Assembly: GCA_963714605.1 (NCBI GenBank)
Contig: CAVQOW010000016.1
Coordinates: 6,845-70,844 of the forward strand
DNA: 64,000 bases
Direction of reading: 5' to 3'
Source of the DNA: an uncultured Verrucomicrobiae bacterium
GTDB lineage: Bacteria; Verrucomicrobiota; Verrucomicrobiia; Limisphaerales; CAVQOW01
Each line of letters opens with the position of its first letter. Within the stretch, counting starts at the first letter, position 1. Below, piece after piece: positions 31,925 to 41,730 of this stretch. The position numbers were made by a program, and so were the translations under genes. A model generated the notes under the pieces. It was not told the DNA's origin and did not search any database. It worked only from the letters and a program-made list of their open reading frames with translations.

Positions 31925-32404
31925 ATGCCAATACCAGTCGGTTCAAAGGCTCCAGACTTCACCTTGAAATCGAAACAAGCGTCCGGCGTCGTGGACGTGA
32001 AGCTCAGCAGTAATTTCGGCAAGAAGAACACGGTGGTGCTGTTCTTCCCGCTGGCGTTCACGAGTGTCTGCACCAAGGAAATGTGCGACATTACTTCCGG
32101 CCTCAACGCCTACAGAAACCTCAATGCCGATGTCATCGCCATCAGCGTGGACAGCCCGTTTGCGCAGGAAGCATGGGCGCAGAAGGAAAAAATCGGCATT
32201 ACGCTGGCCAGCGACCTGAACAAGGAAGTCATCAAGAAATACGACGTCGTTTTTCCAATGCTGGCCGGAGTGGGCGACACCGCCGCCCGCGCCGCGTTCG
32301 TCGTGGACAAGGCCGGCGTCATCCAATACAGCGAGCAGACGCCCACACCGAAAGACCTCCCGAACTTCAGCGCGATCCAGGCGACCTTGTCGAAATTGAA
32401 GTAA
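31925..32404 (+). CDS. peroxiredoxin (AhpC/TSA family)
   Basis: VGSKAPDFTL...VVLFFPLAFTSVCTKE contains the peroxidatic Cys motif. 159 aa. Confidence 0.85.
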   Translation: MPIPVGSKAPDFTLKSKQASGVVDVKLSSNFGKKNTVVLFFPLAFTSVCTKEMCDITSGLNAYRNLNADVIAISVDSPFAQEAWAQKEKIGITLASDLNKEVIKKYDVVFPMLAGVGDTAARAAFVVDKAGVIQYSEQTPTPKDLPNFSAIQATLSKLK

Positions 32405-32549
32405 TCGTTCTCCCAAGTCTCCGGTGGATGGGCGAGGCTGCTGACGAGCCGACGCTTTCGACCGCAGGTTCGCAGATGAACGCAGTTTTCCAACTGGACC
32501 AAATCGAAAGAACAGACTGAATAAATCATATCGAAAGACAGGAATCCGA

Positions 32550-33251
32550 ATGAAACAGAGCGAAACCACTGACAGAATGCCCGCCAAAAACAAAACCGGA
32601 CCTGGCCGTTTGCGGTTGGTTTGGATTTGCATGGTGCCTTTGCTTGCGCTGGCGATCGGATTGGCCGCTTGCGCCACCAAACAGTCCCGACCTTCGTCGA
32701 GCCGGCCCAAATCGGGTCTGGCCGAATATCGCGAACTTGTCGTGTTCTCATCGGGCGCGATAAAGGCGACGCTGGATTCACTGGAGCGATTAACGATCAA
32801 GCCCGACCGCAAATCCTACGAAGCGTTCGCCGAAAGCATTCATCGCATCGAGGTGGATTCGATCAAGGTCCGCGCCCGCGCCCAGGCCATGGAAGCCCGG
32901 GGTGAAGCGTACCTCGCGGAATGGCAGGAACACCTGGTCCAGATGGAAGACGACGCGGCACGCAAGCGAGCGCAGGAACACCGCGACGAATTGAAGCAAA
33001 GCTTCGACCAGATCATGCAGTCCGCCCGCCAGACGCGTCAAACGTTCAATTCCTTTCTGGCTGGCTTGCGCCACCTTCGCGCAAAGCTGGAACAGAATCC
33101 CGGCTTTGAAAGTGTTAACTCTGCAAGAACTCTCATCGCCAGCACGGAACGATCGGGCCACCAGGTGCAGGAAGGGCTTGCTGATATTCTGGCCGAGTTG
33201 AATTCGATTTCGGTGCGGCTGGCACCGCCAGAGGCTGATGGACAGAAATAA
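32550..33251 (+). CDS. coiled-coil lipoprotein, function unknown
   Basis: Lipobox LAIGLAACATK followed by long helical heptad-like sequence. It resembles the DUF2959 family from memory only. Confidence 0.45.
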   Translation: MKQSETTDRMPAKNKTGPGRLRLVWICMVPLLALAIGLAACATKQSRPSSSRPKSGLAEYRELVVFSSGAIKATLDSLERLTIKPDRKSYEAFAESIHRIEVDSIKVRARAQAMEARGEAYLAEWQEHLVQMEDDAARKRAQEHRDELKQSFDQIMQSARQTRQTFNSFLAGLRHLRAKLEQNPGFESVNSARTLIASTERSGHQVQEGLADILAELNSISVRLAPPEADGQK

Positions 33252-33271
33252 CCCTGAACCCCGAAACTTCC

Positions 33272-33784
33272 ATGACCACACAACGTGAATTACATATGAA
33301 CCGAATCGTAACGAAGCCGACGCTGTGGCTGATGCTGGCCCTGTTGGCGTTTCTCGCAACCCCGTCAACGCGCCCGGTGCAATCGCAGATTGTCACGACC
33401 TTGCCTGGTGCGCAGCTCAATGCCCTGAACGCCGTGCGCGCCCAAGCCCGCAGCGTATACAACGCCACACAGAACGCCCGGAACTACGGCGACAACGGCA
33501 TGCAACTGGTGTGGAACCAATTCCAGTCGTTTCGGAATCAGTACAACACTTTCGCCGCCACTCTTACACCCGAGCAGGCGAACAAGTACGGCAATGAATG
33601 GGCGGAACTCAGCGCGGGGTTGGATATCCTTCAGCAGGCATTCGACACTTACCAGCAGGATTTGGTCGATGGACGCACCACCGCCACCGCGTTGTCCGAT
33701 TTGTGTCGGGTACTCAACGAGGCCGGACGTCTCTGGATGGCGGAATTTAACAAGGTCGCTTCGGAGGCGCACGCGGGCTGGTGA
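33272..33784 (+). CDS. hypothetical secreted helical protein
   Basis: Signal peptide (LWLMLALLAFLATPSTRPVQS). No family recognised. The start is possibly ATG 33296. Confidence 0.4.
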   Translation: MTTQRELHMNRIVTKPTLWLMLALLAFLATPSTRPVQSQIVTTLPGAQLNALNAVRAQARSVYNATQNARNYGDNGMQLVWNQFQSFRNQYNTFAATLTPEQANKYGNEWAELSAGLDILQQAFDTYQQDLVDGRTTATALSDLCRVLNEAGRLWMAEFNKVASEAHAGW

Positions 33785-33857
33785 GCCATTCTTGTTTTCC
33801 CAATACGCCAAAAACAAGGCCTGACATGACTTGAGCTGCTTGGGAAGCGGCGAACTT

Positions 33858-33889
33858 TCTTCATTCGCCATTCCGCCTTCATCACTTCC
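33858..33889. repeat. 7-bp periodic block TCTTCAT TCGCCAT TCCGCCT TCATCAC TTCC (copy 1)
   Basis: About 88% identical over about 45 bp to 35615-35658, in direct orientation. It lies downstream of the GloVer gene. Confidence 0.8.
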
Positions 33890-33942
33890 AGGTGAAGCGA
33901 AACTACTGCCAACGTGTGGGGAGATCGTGACCCTATTCTGAC

Positions 33943-35434
33943 TTAATTTGCCTGGAGCCGGAAGAATTGTTGTGAATTCGTCGGTGGGACGGTGTAAGGG
34001 CTGACGGCGCCCGACACAGTGTTATAAATGCCAGTGACAATCGACGCGGACTGCAGGGAAAATGCCGCGTTGGTCCAACTCAATACCAGTGCGCCACCGG
34101 TCACTTGAAAATCCACGGGAATGGGGGAGGGGGAAACAATGATCGGCAGAGTCAACACATACACCGTTCCAACTCCTCCGGTCCCGCCAGTCGGAGTCAC
34201 ACCAAATAGATTGTTGCCAGATAACACCACACCCGCCCACGGTTCAGCCCCGGTGCTGTTCGTATATGCCGAACCGCTGTAATTGGGCACAGGAAACCCA
34301 TACAGCTTGTTGAAACCCGATCCATCCGTGTTGATCTGGAACACCGTTCCCGCATTATCACTGCCACCACTGCCAACGCCGCTGGAAGTCGTTCCATACA
34401 ATGTGCTGCCGACCAGCAACAAATCCGAATAGGGATAGGCGCCGTCGGTGGCGTGGAAATAAAAGATATTGGTGAAGCCAGTCCCGTTGGTGTTGATCGC
34501 GAAGATCGTTCCGTAGCCATTGCCCACATTGCCCCCCAACGCCGCCGCGCCGTAAAGCATGTTGCCGGATAACACCAGTCCCGCCTGCGGATGTGCGCCG
34601 TCGGAGTTGGTGGTAAATGGGAAGCCCAGCGGCGAAAAGCTGTGAAGATTGGTAAAGCCCATGTCATCGGTGTTGATCGCGAAGATCGTCCCATTGGTAT
34701 TATCGCCAGCGCCACCGGAATAGGTGGTTCCGGTACAGCGTGTTCCCGACTACGATCGGGACCGCTTCAGGGTTTTGTCCGTTGGTGCCGGCGAAATTGA
34801 AAAGATTGATGAAGTCCGTCCCATTGGTGCTGACTGCAAACACCGTTCCGGCTCCGTGCGTGCCACCAGCATAAGTAACCCCGTAAAGCTTAATGCCGGA
34901 CAACACCACACCCACATCCGGATACGCCCCGTCCTGGTTTGTTAGCGGGTTGAGTTTGCTGAGTGCGCTAAAAACATAAAGATTGGTGAAACCGGTCCCG
35001 TCGGTTTTGATGGCAAACACCGTTCCGGTGGCATTGGTGCCGCCATTCCTCGTCGTGCCATAAAGCGTGTTGCCGGACAACACCAAGCCTCCAAACGGAT
35101 TTGATCCATTGTCCCCGTTGGTCTCCCTGCCATTGATGAAACTGAAACTGAAAAAATTGGTGAAACCCGTCCCGTCTGTGTTGATTTTGAACAACCCGCC
35201 AATGCCATTCGTGTTGTCGCCCGACGTTGTCCCATACAGCGTATTGCCGGATAACACCAAACGCGAATAAAGATAAGCCCCGTCGTTGTTGGTATAAAGA
35301 GCAAAGCCGTATGAAGCGTTTGTGCCGGCGGCGGCAAAACTGTGCAGATTGGTATATGTTTGTGCGCTAAGGTTGATCGCCGGTAACACGAGCGCGGCCA
35401 TCAAAAATATCATTTGTGCAACGATGCGTCTCAT
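33943..35434 (-). CDS. GloVer-type choice-of-anchor tandem-repeat secreted protein (one frame break near 34690)
   Basis: Signal peptide MRRIVAQMIFLMAALVLPAINLSAQ. Repeats of GGLVLSGNTLYGTT..GG..G.GTVF.I.TDGTGFTNL. The C-terminal domain ends QQFFRLQAN. Confidence 0.75.
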
Positions 35435-35513
35435 AAGTCATTTTGCTGATTGTTATGAGATTTTATACTCGCAGGTTCAGTTTGTCAAAAAACGTCAGTC
35501 CTGAAAGTTTCAA

Positions 35514-35576
35514 CCGCAGATAACGCAGAGGAACGCAGATTCGTTTTTCACCGCAGAGACGCGGAGACGCGGAGTC
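35514..35576. repeat. CGCAG/CGCGGAG periodic repeat block (8-10 bp period)
   Basis: The sequence reads CCGCAGATAACGCAGAGGAACGCAGA...CCGCAGAGACGCGGAGACGCGGAG. A similar block lies at 32462-32485. Confidence 0.7.
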
Positions 35577-35618
35577 AAACCACGAATCCCGCCGTGTGGG
35601 ACGAATCAACACGGACTA

Positions 35619-35650
35619 TCTTCATTCACCATTCCGCCTTCATCATTTCC
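35619..35650. repeat. 7-bp periodic block TCTTCAT TCACCAT TCCGCCT TCATCAT TTCC (copy 2)
   Basis: Direct repeat of 33858-33889. It lies about 185 bp upstream of the GloVer gene start. Confidence 0.8.
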
Positions 35651-35679
35651 CGGTGGAGGTCGGGGTGAGGAGTCGCCGT

Positions 35680-36366
35680 TTACCACATTACGAAATCAAC
35701 TTCGCCTTGAGTTTCCAACTCAGAATCAAAAAGTGCCGTTTGCGTAAAAATTGGCTTTGAATGTTTTTGACTTCGCAACTTCTTGCCAAGAAAAGCACGC
35801 TCAAGGGCTTCGATTGTGGCCTCCCTCGTAAACTGGCGAGCGTCAGTTCGCACATCCCAATTCACGCCCACTTCGCCACTCACACGCTGTGCGTTCTCGA
35901 CACGAACCCGTTTGGCTTCTTCAGCGTTTGGTAGATCAGCATGATCCATAACCCTCAACAGAATCACCGACGCGTCTTCAATTCTTGCATCAGGCGTTGT
36001 TTGCGGATTTACGCGTGAAGCGAGAAGAAAACACAGCGCCGGAATTCCTCCAACTTGCTGCCGGTGAAAATCATGAATCTGAAGAATGGCGTCGTTATAT
36101 CCCAGCGATACGACCTCACCAACATAAGCGTTCGCTTCAACCAAACCTCGCAGTGTCTCGCCTGCGGCATGGACTGGTTGTGGCAGCGTCGGCTGTGGAA
36201 GTTGCGTCGCAATTTTAGAAATAACGTTTGGCATAAAATTGTCCTCAATTCCTGAACTGCTGAACGTGGCCAGAGTATGCGGAACGGCAACCTGCGACAA
36301 GCGCGAGAATTTGTTCAATTCCTTAACCCAGTACTCTCTCCCATCGAGGCGGAGATGGAAGCGCAT
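35680..36366 (-). CDS. hypothetical protein, possibly a truncated 5' fragment of a HerA/DUF87-type ATPase gene
   Basis: YVGEVVSLGYNDAILQIHDFHRQQVGGIPALCFLLASRV...SVILLRVMDHADLPN resembles the N-terminal barrel of HerA-like ATPases as I remember them. No Walker motifs follow, and the ORF ends in unrelated sequence. Confidence 0.3.
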   Translation of the reverse strand: MRFHLRLDGREYWVKELNKFSRLSQVAVPHTLATFSSSGIEDNFMPNVISKIATQLPQPTLPQPVHAAGETLRGLVEANAYVGEVVSLGYNDAILQIHDFHRQQVGGIPALCFLLASRVNPQTTPDARIEDASVILLRVMDHADLPNAEEAKRVRVENAQRVSGEVGVNWDVRTDARQFTREATIEALERAFLGKKLRSQKHSKPIFTQTALFDSELETQGEVDFVMW

Positions 36367-36409
36367 CCGTGTTCATCTGTGTCCATCTGTGGCTAAACTC
36401 TCGGCTGGG

Positions 36410-36955
36410 CTAAGCGATATTCGAAAAGCGTCGTGTCTCTACCCATCGCGCAAACAGCCACAGCAAATCCGCCAGCCGGTTCAGGTAGATGATGATTTCG
36501 GTGTTGTGGAGTTGGTCGGCTTCCTGCAGCGCGCACACCCGCCGCTCGGCCCTGCGACACACCGTCCGCGCCAAATCGAGGGCCGCAGTGTGCACGCTCG
36601 ATCCGGGCGTGGCCCAGCCTTCGAAGGAAAATTGTTCGGCCTCGATTTCATGAACGAGTTTGTCGAGCTTGGCGGTCATGCCGGAAGTCACAAGCACATG
36701 GCCGTCCTTGGCGTAGCGCGGCAAATCCTCGACTGCCGTCGCCAGTTCGCCCATCAGGATCACGAGGTCTTTCTGGATGAGCAGCAGATTTTCGCGGACG
36801 AAGTCGTGTTCCGCCGTGGCGCGGGCCAGACCGAGCGCGGCGTTGAGTTCATCCACCGTGCCGTAGGTTTCGACGCGCGGATGGCTCTTGGGCACGCGCT
36901 GGCCATACATCAAGTTCGTTTTGCCTTTGTCGCCGGTTTTGGTCGCGATGCTCAT
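36410..36955 (-). CDS. ATP:cob(I)alamin adenosyltransferase, PduO type
   Basis: TKTGDKGKTNLMYGQRVPKSHPRVETYGTVDELNAALGLAR is the PduO/MMAB N-terminal signature. 181 aa. Confidence 0.85.
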   Translation of the reverse strand: MSIATKTGDKGKTNLMYGQRVPKSHPRVETYGTVDELNAALGLARATAEHDFVRENLLLIQKDLVILMGELATAVEDLPRYAKDGHVLVTSGMTAKLDKLVHEIEAEQFSFEGWATPGSSVHTAALDLARTVCRRAERRVCALQEADQLHNTEIIIYLNRLADLLWLFARWVETRRFSNIA

Positions 36956-37036
36956 CGTGGCGAAGATAGCCCGGTTGCCGGTCGTGGCAAATGGTTTTGC
37001 GTTTGTCCCGGCGCTTCTTTAGCCTGCCCGCAACCT

Positions 37037-37273
37037 ATGAACGCAAAGCTGCTTTTCAAAACCCTCTTCCTGATCGCGATTCTGCTGTTGTTGGTGATCA
37101 TGGGGATGAACAACCGGCAAACCGTCGAGCTGTCCATGACGCCGCTGTTGCCGAAGACGCAGCGGCAGCCCGCCGCCATCATGTACTTCGGATTCTTCGG
37201 CGTCGGCGTGCTCACGGGCACAATCATGACCGCCGGTAGTCGGCGCGGCGGCGGCAAGTCGAAGTCGGATTAA
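37037..37273 (+). CDS. small membrane protein (LapA/DUF1049-like)
   Basis: 78 aa with two TM helices (LFLIAILLLLVIMGM, IMYFGFFGVGVLTGTIM) and a basic tail. The family assignment is tentative. Confidence 0.4.
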   Translation: MNAKLLFKTLFLIAILLLLVIMGMNNRQTVELSMTPLLPKTQRQPAAIMYFGFFGVGVLTGTIMTAGSRRGGGKSKSD

Positions 37274-38256
37274 TTCGCCCGTTCCACGATGCGTTTGTAG
37301 GCGAGGATGCTGTCCACAATCGCCCGTGCCATGTCCCGGCGGTACGCCGGGTCAAAAATCTTTTTTCCCTCCACCGGATGCGACATGAACCCGGCCTCGA
37401 TCAGCACCGCCGGCATGGCGGCGTCCCGCAGCACGGCGTATCGCGCACGCCGCACTCCGCGGTCTTCGACACCGAGACTGCGCACGAGTGATTTCTGGAT
37501 CTGATAGGCAAGCAGGAAATTTTTGTCGTTGAAACGATTGCCTTCCGCAGAACCAGCGTCCGCGCCTTCGCCGCGTGCGTTAGTGGAACTTGCGCCAAAA
37601 GGCGTCAGACAATAACTCTCCGCGCCGTTGGCCTGGTCGCGGCCAATCTCCGCCGCGTTGAAATGCAGGCTCACAAACAAATCAGCCTTCCGACTACGAG
37701 CCACATACGGTCGGTCGGGCAATTCCACAAACCGATCCGTCGTGCGGGTCATGACGACTTTGAAACCGGCCTCCTTGAGTTGTTCGCGGATTTCGAAAGC
37801 GAGCAGGAGCGTGTATTTTTTTTCTTCGTTTGAACCGACGCGATTGCCGGGGTCTTTGCCACCGTGACCGGGGTCGAGGCAGATTGTTTTGATTTCAGAA
37901 AAGCTTTGCGGCGGGAACAGCACGGGGCGCAACGTCGTTTCGAGGTCGAGTCGCGTGATGTAGAGAACGCCGCCGCGGGCGATGAGCGGGAACAGCAGCC
38001 AGACCTGGACGTTGTTGATGTAGGTTTCGCGCGAACCGACTATAAACTGCACTTTTGCGTTCGGGTTGGTGAGCTGGAGTGTTTCGTCGTGCTTGATCCA
38101 GCGCCAGTCGAAATTCTTCGCTCGCGCCCATTCCGCCAAAGGAACGTAATCGCTGCCGTTGACGCGGGCGGGCGCCGGCGTGCGCGCCGTCGCGTGCGCG
38201 GGACAAAATCCCAGCACGACGCAGAGCGACAGCAGCAGCGTAAGGCGGCGCTTCAT
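37270..38256 (-). CDS. N-acetylmuramoyl-L-alanine amidase (Amidase_3, AmiC-like)
   Basis: Signal peptide, an N-terminal AMIN-like part, then ICLDPGHGGKDPGN...VSLHFNA...IEAGFMSHP. Confidence 0.85.
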   Translation of the reverse strand: MKRRLTLLLSLCVVLGFCPAHATARTPAPARVNGSDYVPLAEWARAKNFDWRWIKHDETLQLTNPNAKVQFIVGSRETYINNVQVWLLFPLIARGGVLYITRLDLETTLRPVLFPPQSFSEIKTICLDPGHGGKDPGNRVGSNEEKKYTLLLAFEIREQLKEAGFKVVMTRTTDRFVELPDRPYVARSRKADLFVSLHFNAAEIGRDQANGAESYCLTPFGASSTNARGEGADAGSAEGNRFNDKNFLLAYQIQKSLVRSLGVEDRGVRRARYAVLRDAAMPAVLIEAGFMSHPVEGKKIFDPAYRRDMARAIVDSILAYKRIVERAN

Positions 38257-38317
38257 GGCGGCGCAATCTGCCTGCGTGGCTTGGATGATTCAAGGGAAAT
38301 GCCGCTGCTGCTGAGTT

Positions 38318-38369
38318 TGTAGCGGCGCTGTGTCAGCGCCGATTTCGTCGGTCATAGACCGCCGCTACA
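38318..38369. repeat. REP-like Y-shaped hairpin element
   Basis: A 10-bp outer stem (TGTAGCGGCG/CGCCGCTACA) closes two small hairpins (GCGCTG-TGT-CAGCGC and CCGA-TTTCG-TCGG). It lies immediately downstream of the thiE stop. Confidence 0.75.
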
Positions 38370-38372
38370 GTT

Positions 38373-39014
38373 TTACTTTAACCTCCGGCGAAATTCCGCG
38401 CACGCTTTCGAGACGTCGTTCGCATTCAGGATGGCGGACACCACACAAATCCGCCGCGCGCCCGCCGCCAGCACGTCGTCGAGGTTCTGTAAATTAATTC
38501 CGCCGATGGCGAACCATGGAATGCTCACGTTCTCTACCGCCCAACGCACGTAATCCAGCGTCACGGGTTTTGCGGCGGGTTTCGTGCCGGTCGCGTAAAC
38601 CGGGCCGATGGCGATGTAATCCGGACCGGCAGCCAACGCGCGTTTCGCCTGCTCCGGCGCGTGCGTCGAAAGACCAATTCGCAATTCGTAATTCGCAATC
38701 CGCAATTCCGAAACGTGTTGGTGTCCTATGTCGAAAAAGTCCTCCTGACCGAGATGATAAAACTCCGCGCCGACTTGGCGGGCGATGTCCAAATGGTCGT
38801 TGATGACCAGACCGACGTTCGCGCTGCGCGTGACCGGCAGAATCGCCTCGGCCATGCGGCGAATTTCGTCGAGCGAGGAATTCTTCGCGCGGAGTTGGAT
38901 GAGGTCTGCGCCGCCGTCGCAAAGCTGCCGGGCCACAACTTCCGGCGCGCGGCCGTACAGGTAGGCGGTGTCAACGAAGGTGTACAGCCGGCAGTCCGCG
39001 AGCGGTTTCATCAA
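38373..39014 (-). CDS. thiE: thiamine-phosphate synthase
   Basis: 213 aa with DLIQLRAK, VINDHLDIA, HLGQED, GLSTH, PDYIAIGPVYATGTK and WFAIGGI. Confidence 0.9.
   Translation of the reverse strand: MMKPLADCRLYTFVDTAYLYGRAPEVVARQLCDGGADLIQLRAKNSSLDEIRRMAEAILPVTRSANVGLVINDHLDIARQVGAEFYHLGQEDFFDIGHQHVSELRIANYELRIGLSTHAPEQAKRALAAGPDYIAIGPVYATGTKPAAKPVTLDYVRWAVENVSIPWFAIGGINLQNLDDVLAAGARRICVVSAILNANDVSKACAEFRRRLK
38675..38709. repeat. 7-bp tandem array CAATTCG CAATTCG TAATTCG CAATCCG CAATTCC inside thiE
   Basis: Read directly from the sequence. It is translated on the minus strand as SELRIANYELRIG, just before the conserved GLSTH. Confidence 0.9.
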
Positions 39015-39066
39015 ATAAACAAGCGGCGGCAGGAGTCGTTCCCGCCGCCGTAAATTCCATCAAGCT

Positions 39067-40366
39067 TTACTTCAATCCGACGAGATACCCGAACCGGGCG
39101 CGGAATTGTTCAGGTGTCATCGAAATGATGGCCGCGAGTTCGCCCAGTTTCTTGGCGTCCTCGAAGTCGTCCTTTTCGAGCCGGATCATGTAATGGCAGG
39201 CGCATTCGTAGGATTCGCCGTCCACATTGACTCGGCGCACCTGCATGCGTTTGGTTTGAGGATCGAGCATTTTCTCGAATTGCAGCGGGACCATTTTGCC
39301 GTCCTCGAAGCTGATGATGGCGCCGTATTTTGCCGCATTCGGGCGAGAGCAAAAATTTCACCGCGCCGTAGCCAAGATCGCGAGTGTATTCGGCGTCGAA
39401 CGGAATTGGGTCGGCGCAGCGGAGTTCGTAGCCGAGGTCTTTGTCAATGAGCGTCATTTTCAGGCCGAGTTTCGCCAGACGCGCGCACACCAAGTCCCTC
39501 ATCAGGCGGCCAAATTCGATTTCCGCGAGGTGCAAATGCCCGTGGTCGTCGCGTCGGATGTTGCCGTAACGGTCGAGTTGCCCGCCTTGAATGGCACTGG
39601 CCAGACCTTTTTCGCCCATCGCCTCAATCAAACCTTCCGCCAGGACCGCCACGCCAAATTCCCGTCCCTTGGTGCGACGCTTGATAATGGAGCCAATGAT
39701 GATGTCGCAAATTTCGTCCACCGTCACGGGTCGTCCGCGAAATTCTTCGGGAATGATGGCGAGCGTGGCGGCGGCGGCTTTGGCAATGCCGAGCGCGAGA
39801 TGCCCCGCCGTGCGCCCCATGCTGATGATGAGATACCAGCGAGATGTCGTCCGCGCGTCGGCGGCGAGATTGCGGACGGTGGACACGCCGTAGTGCCGCG
39901 CCGTCTCGAAGCCGAACGTCGGCGTTGCGCCGGGCAGCGGCAGGTCGTTGTCAATCGTCTTGGGTACATGCGCGACGCGGATCGCTCCGGCAGCCTTGCA
40001 ATAAACCTGGCTGGAGGAGAAGGCCGTGTCGTCGCCGCCGATGGTCACCATCGCCGTGACGTTCAGCTTCTTCAACACGCCGAGCACGTTTTGCATGTCC
40101 TTCTCGGACTTGGTGGGATTCGTCCGCGCGGTCCGCAAAATGGACCCGCCGCGAAGGTGAATTCCGGTGACCTCGTCAATCGTCAGGTTCATGAAATGAT
40201 CGGCGTCTCCCTGCGCGAGCCACTTGAATCCGTCACGAAAGCCGATGACTTCAAAACCCTGCTGGATGCCTTCAATGGTGGCTGCGGCGATAACGCCGTT
40301 GATGCCCGGAGCCGGGCCGCCGCCGACCAAAATCCCCAATCTGCCTTTCTTCGGTCCGTTTGACAT
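39067..40366 (-). CDS. 6-phosphofructokinase (ATP- or PPi-dependent; one frame break near 39300-39340)
   Basis: GILVGGGPAPGINGVIAAATIEG, TIGGDDT and PKTIDNDL are present. The C-terminus continues in ORF 39067-39294. Confidence 0.85.
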
Positions 40367-40557
40367 AAATTCAATTCAATACTTCAGGCGCAAATATCCG
40401 GTCGCAAACGCGCAACGCAAATCGGCGCCGTTCGGATAATATGAACCAAATCGCGGTCAAACGTCAAAGAGAGTTCGCGGTAGCGTCGCGCCCTCAACGC
40501 AGAAAGCAAACGAAAATCCCGCGAGAAAGGACTCACAAATCGTCCGAACGGGAGCGA

Positions 40558-41553
40558 TCACTTCGGCAGCAACTCGCTGACCAGCGCCCGTTCTTCCTTA
40601 AGTTCGTTGATGGTGATTTCAATTTTGGAGCGACTGAATTCGTTGAGTGGCAGGCCTTGAACAATCTCCCATTTCCTGCCGTCGCTGCGGATCGGATACG
40701 AAGTGATGAGACCTTTCTCAATGTCGTAGCTGCCGTCGGAACAAATGGCGACGCTGTTCCAATCGCCGGCGGGCGTGCGGTTGACGAGCGACCGCACCGT
40801 GCCGATGACCGCGTTGGCTGCGCTGGCCGCGCTCGATGCGCCGCGCGCCTTGATGATGGCCGCGCCGCGCTGCTGGATGATGCTGATGAAGTCGCCCTTC
40901 AACCACGCTTCGTCCTTGATGGCGTCAGTCACGGGTTTGCCGTTGAGCTTCGCGTTGAAGAAATCGGGGAACATCGTGGCGCTGTGGTTGCCCCAGATGG
41001 CGAGGTTGGTAATGGCGGTGATGTCCACGCCGGCCTTTTTGGCGAGCTGGGCCTTGGCGCGGTTTTCGTCGAGCCGCGTCATGGCGAAGAAGCGGTCGCG
41101 CGGAACGTGGGGCGCGTTGTTCATGCAAATCAGGCAATTCGTGTTGCACGGATTGCCCACGACGAGCACGCGCACATCGCTGGCGGCGGTTTTTTGAATC
41201 GCCTGACCCTGGCCGACAAAAATTTTGCCGTTCGCGCCGAGCAAATCTTTGCGTTCCATCCCGGCCTTGCGCGGCGCGGCACCGACGAGCAACGCCCAGT
41301 TCACGCCGCGAAAACCTTCATCGAGATTTCCGGTCGCGACGATGCCTTTGAGCAGCGGAAATGCGCAGTCTTCGATTTCCATGACCGTGCCTTTGAGCTT
41401 TTCGAGGATTTCCGGCACGTCCACCTCGATGAGATGAAGAATGACCGGCTGGGTCGGTCCGAACATTTCGCCGGACGCAATGCGGAACAGGAGCGAATAA
41501 CCGATTTGACCGGCAGCGCCGGTGACAGCGACACGAATAGGAGCAGAACTCAT
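40558..41553 (-). CDS. mdh: malate dehydrogenase
   Basis: The protein starts [32 protein letters not shown] and also has VGNPCNTN and IWGNHS. ATG at 41553. Confidence 0.9.
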   Translation of the reverse strand: MSSAPIRVAVTGAAGQIGYSLLFRIASGEMFGPTQPVILHLIEVDVPEILEKLKGTVMEIEDCAFPLLKGIVATGNLDEGFRGVNWALLVGAAPRKAGMERKDLLGANGKIFVGQGQAIQKTAASDVRVLVVGNPCNTNCLICMNNAPHVPRDRFFAMTRLDENRAKAQLAKKAGVDITAITNLAIWGNHSATMFPDFFNAKLNGKPVTDAIKDEAWLKGDFISIIQQRGAAIIKARGASSAASAANAVIGTVRSLVNRTPAGDWNSVAICSDGSYDIEKGLITSYPIRSDGRKWEIVQGLPLNEFSRSKIEITINELKEERALVSELLPK

Positions 41554-41730
41554 AGTTTTGGTCAGACGAAATATAGGCAGCACAGCTTGACGGATGCAAG
41601 CATCGAAGCCGAAGACGGACGCATCGCAACCGCTCTGTGATTCCGCGTTCATCCAAAAAATCGAAGTTGGGCAAGCGAGGATGACGGGCGACAGTCAACT
41701 CGTTTTTCAAGTTTATGTCAAAGTTGCGGT

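Noticed and set aside
39015-39066. TPP riboswitch upstream of thiE, or cobalamin riboswitch upstream of the PduO-type gene (36956-37036)
   Set aside because: The intergenic spaces are only about 52 and 80 bp, too short for either aptamer, and I saw no conserved core sequences.
39296-41640. 355-aa and 399-aa plus-strand ORFs
   Set aside because: They are antisense to the phosphofructokinase and malate dehydrogenase genes, both of which have clear motifs.
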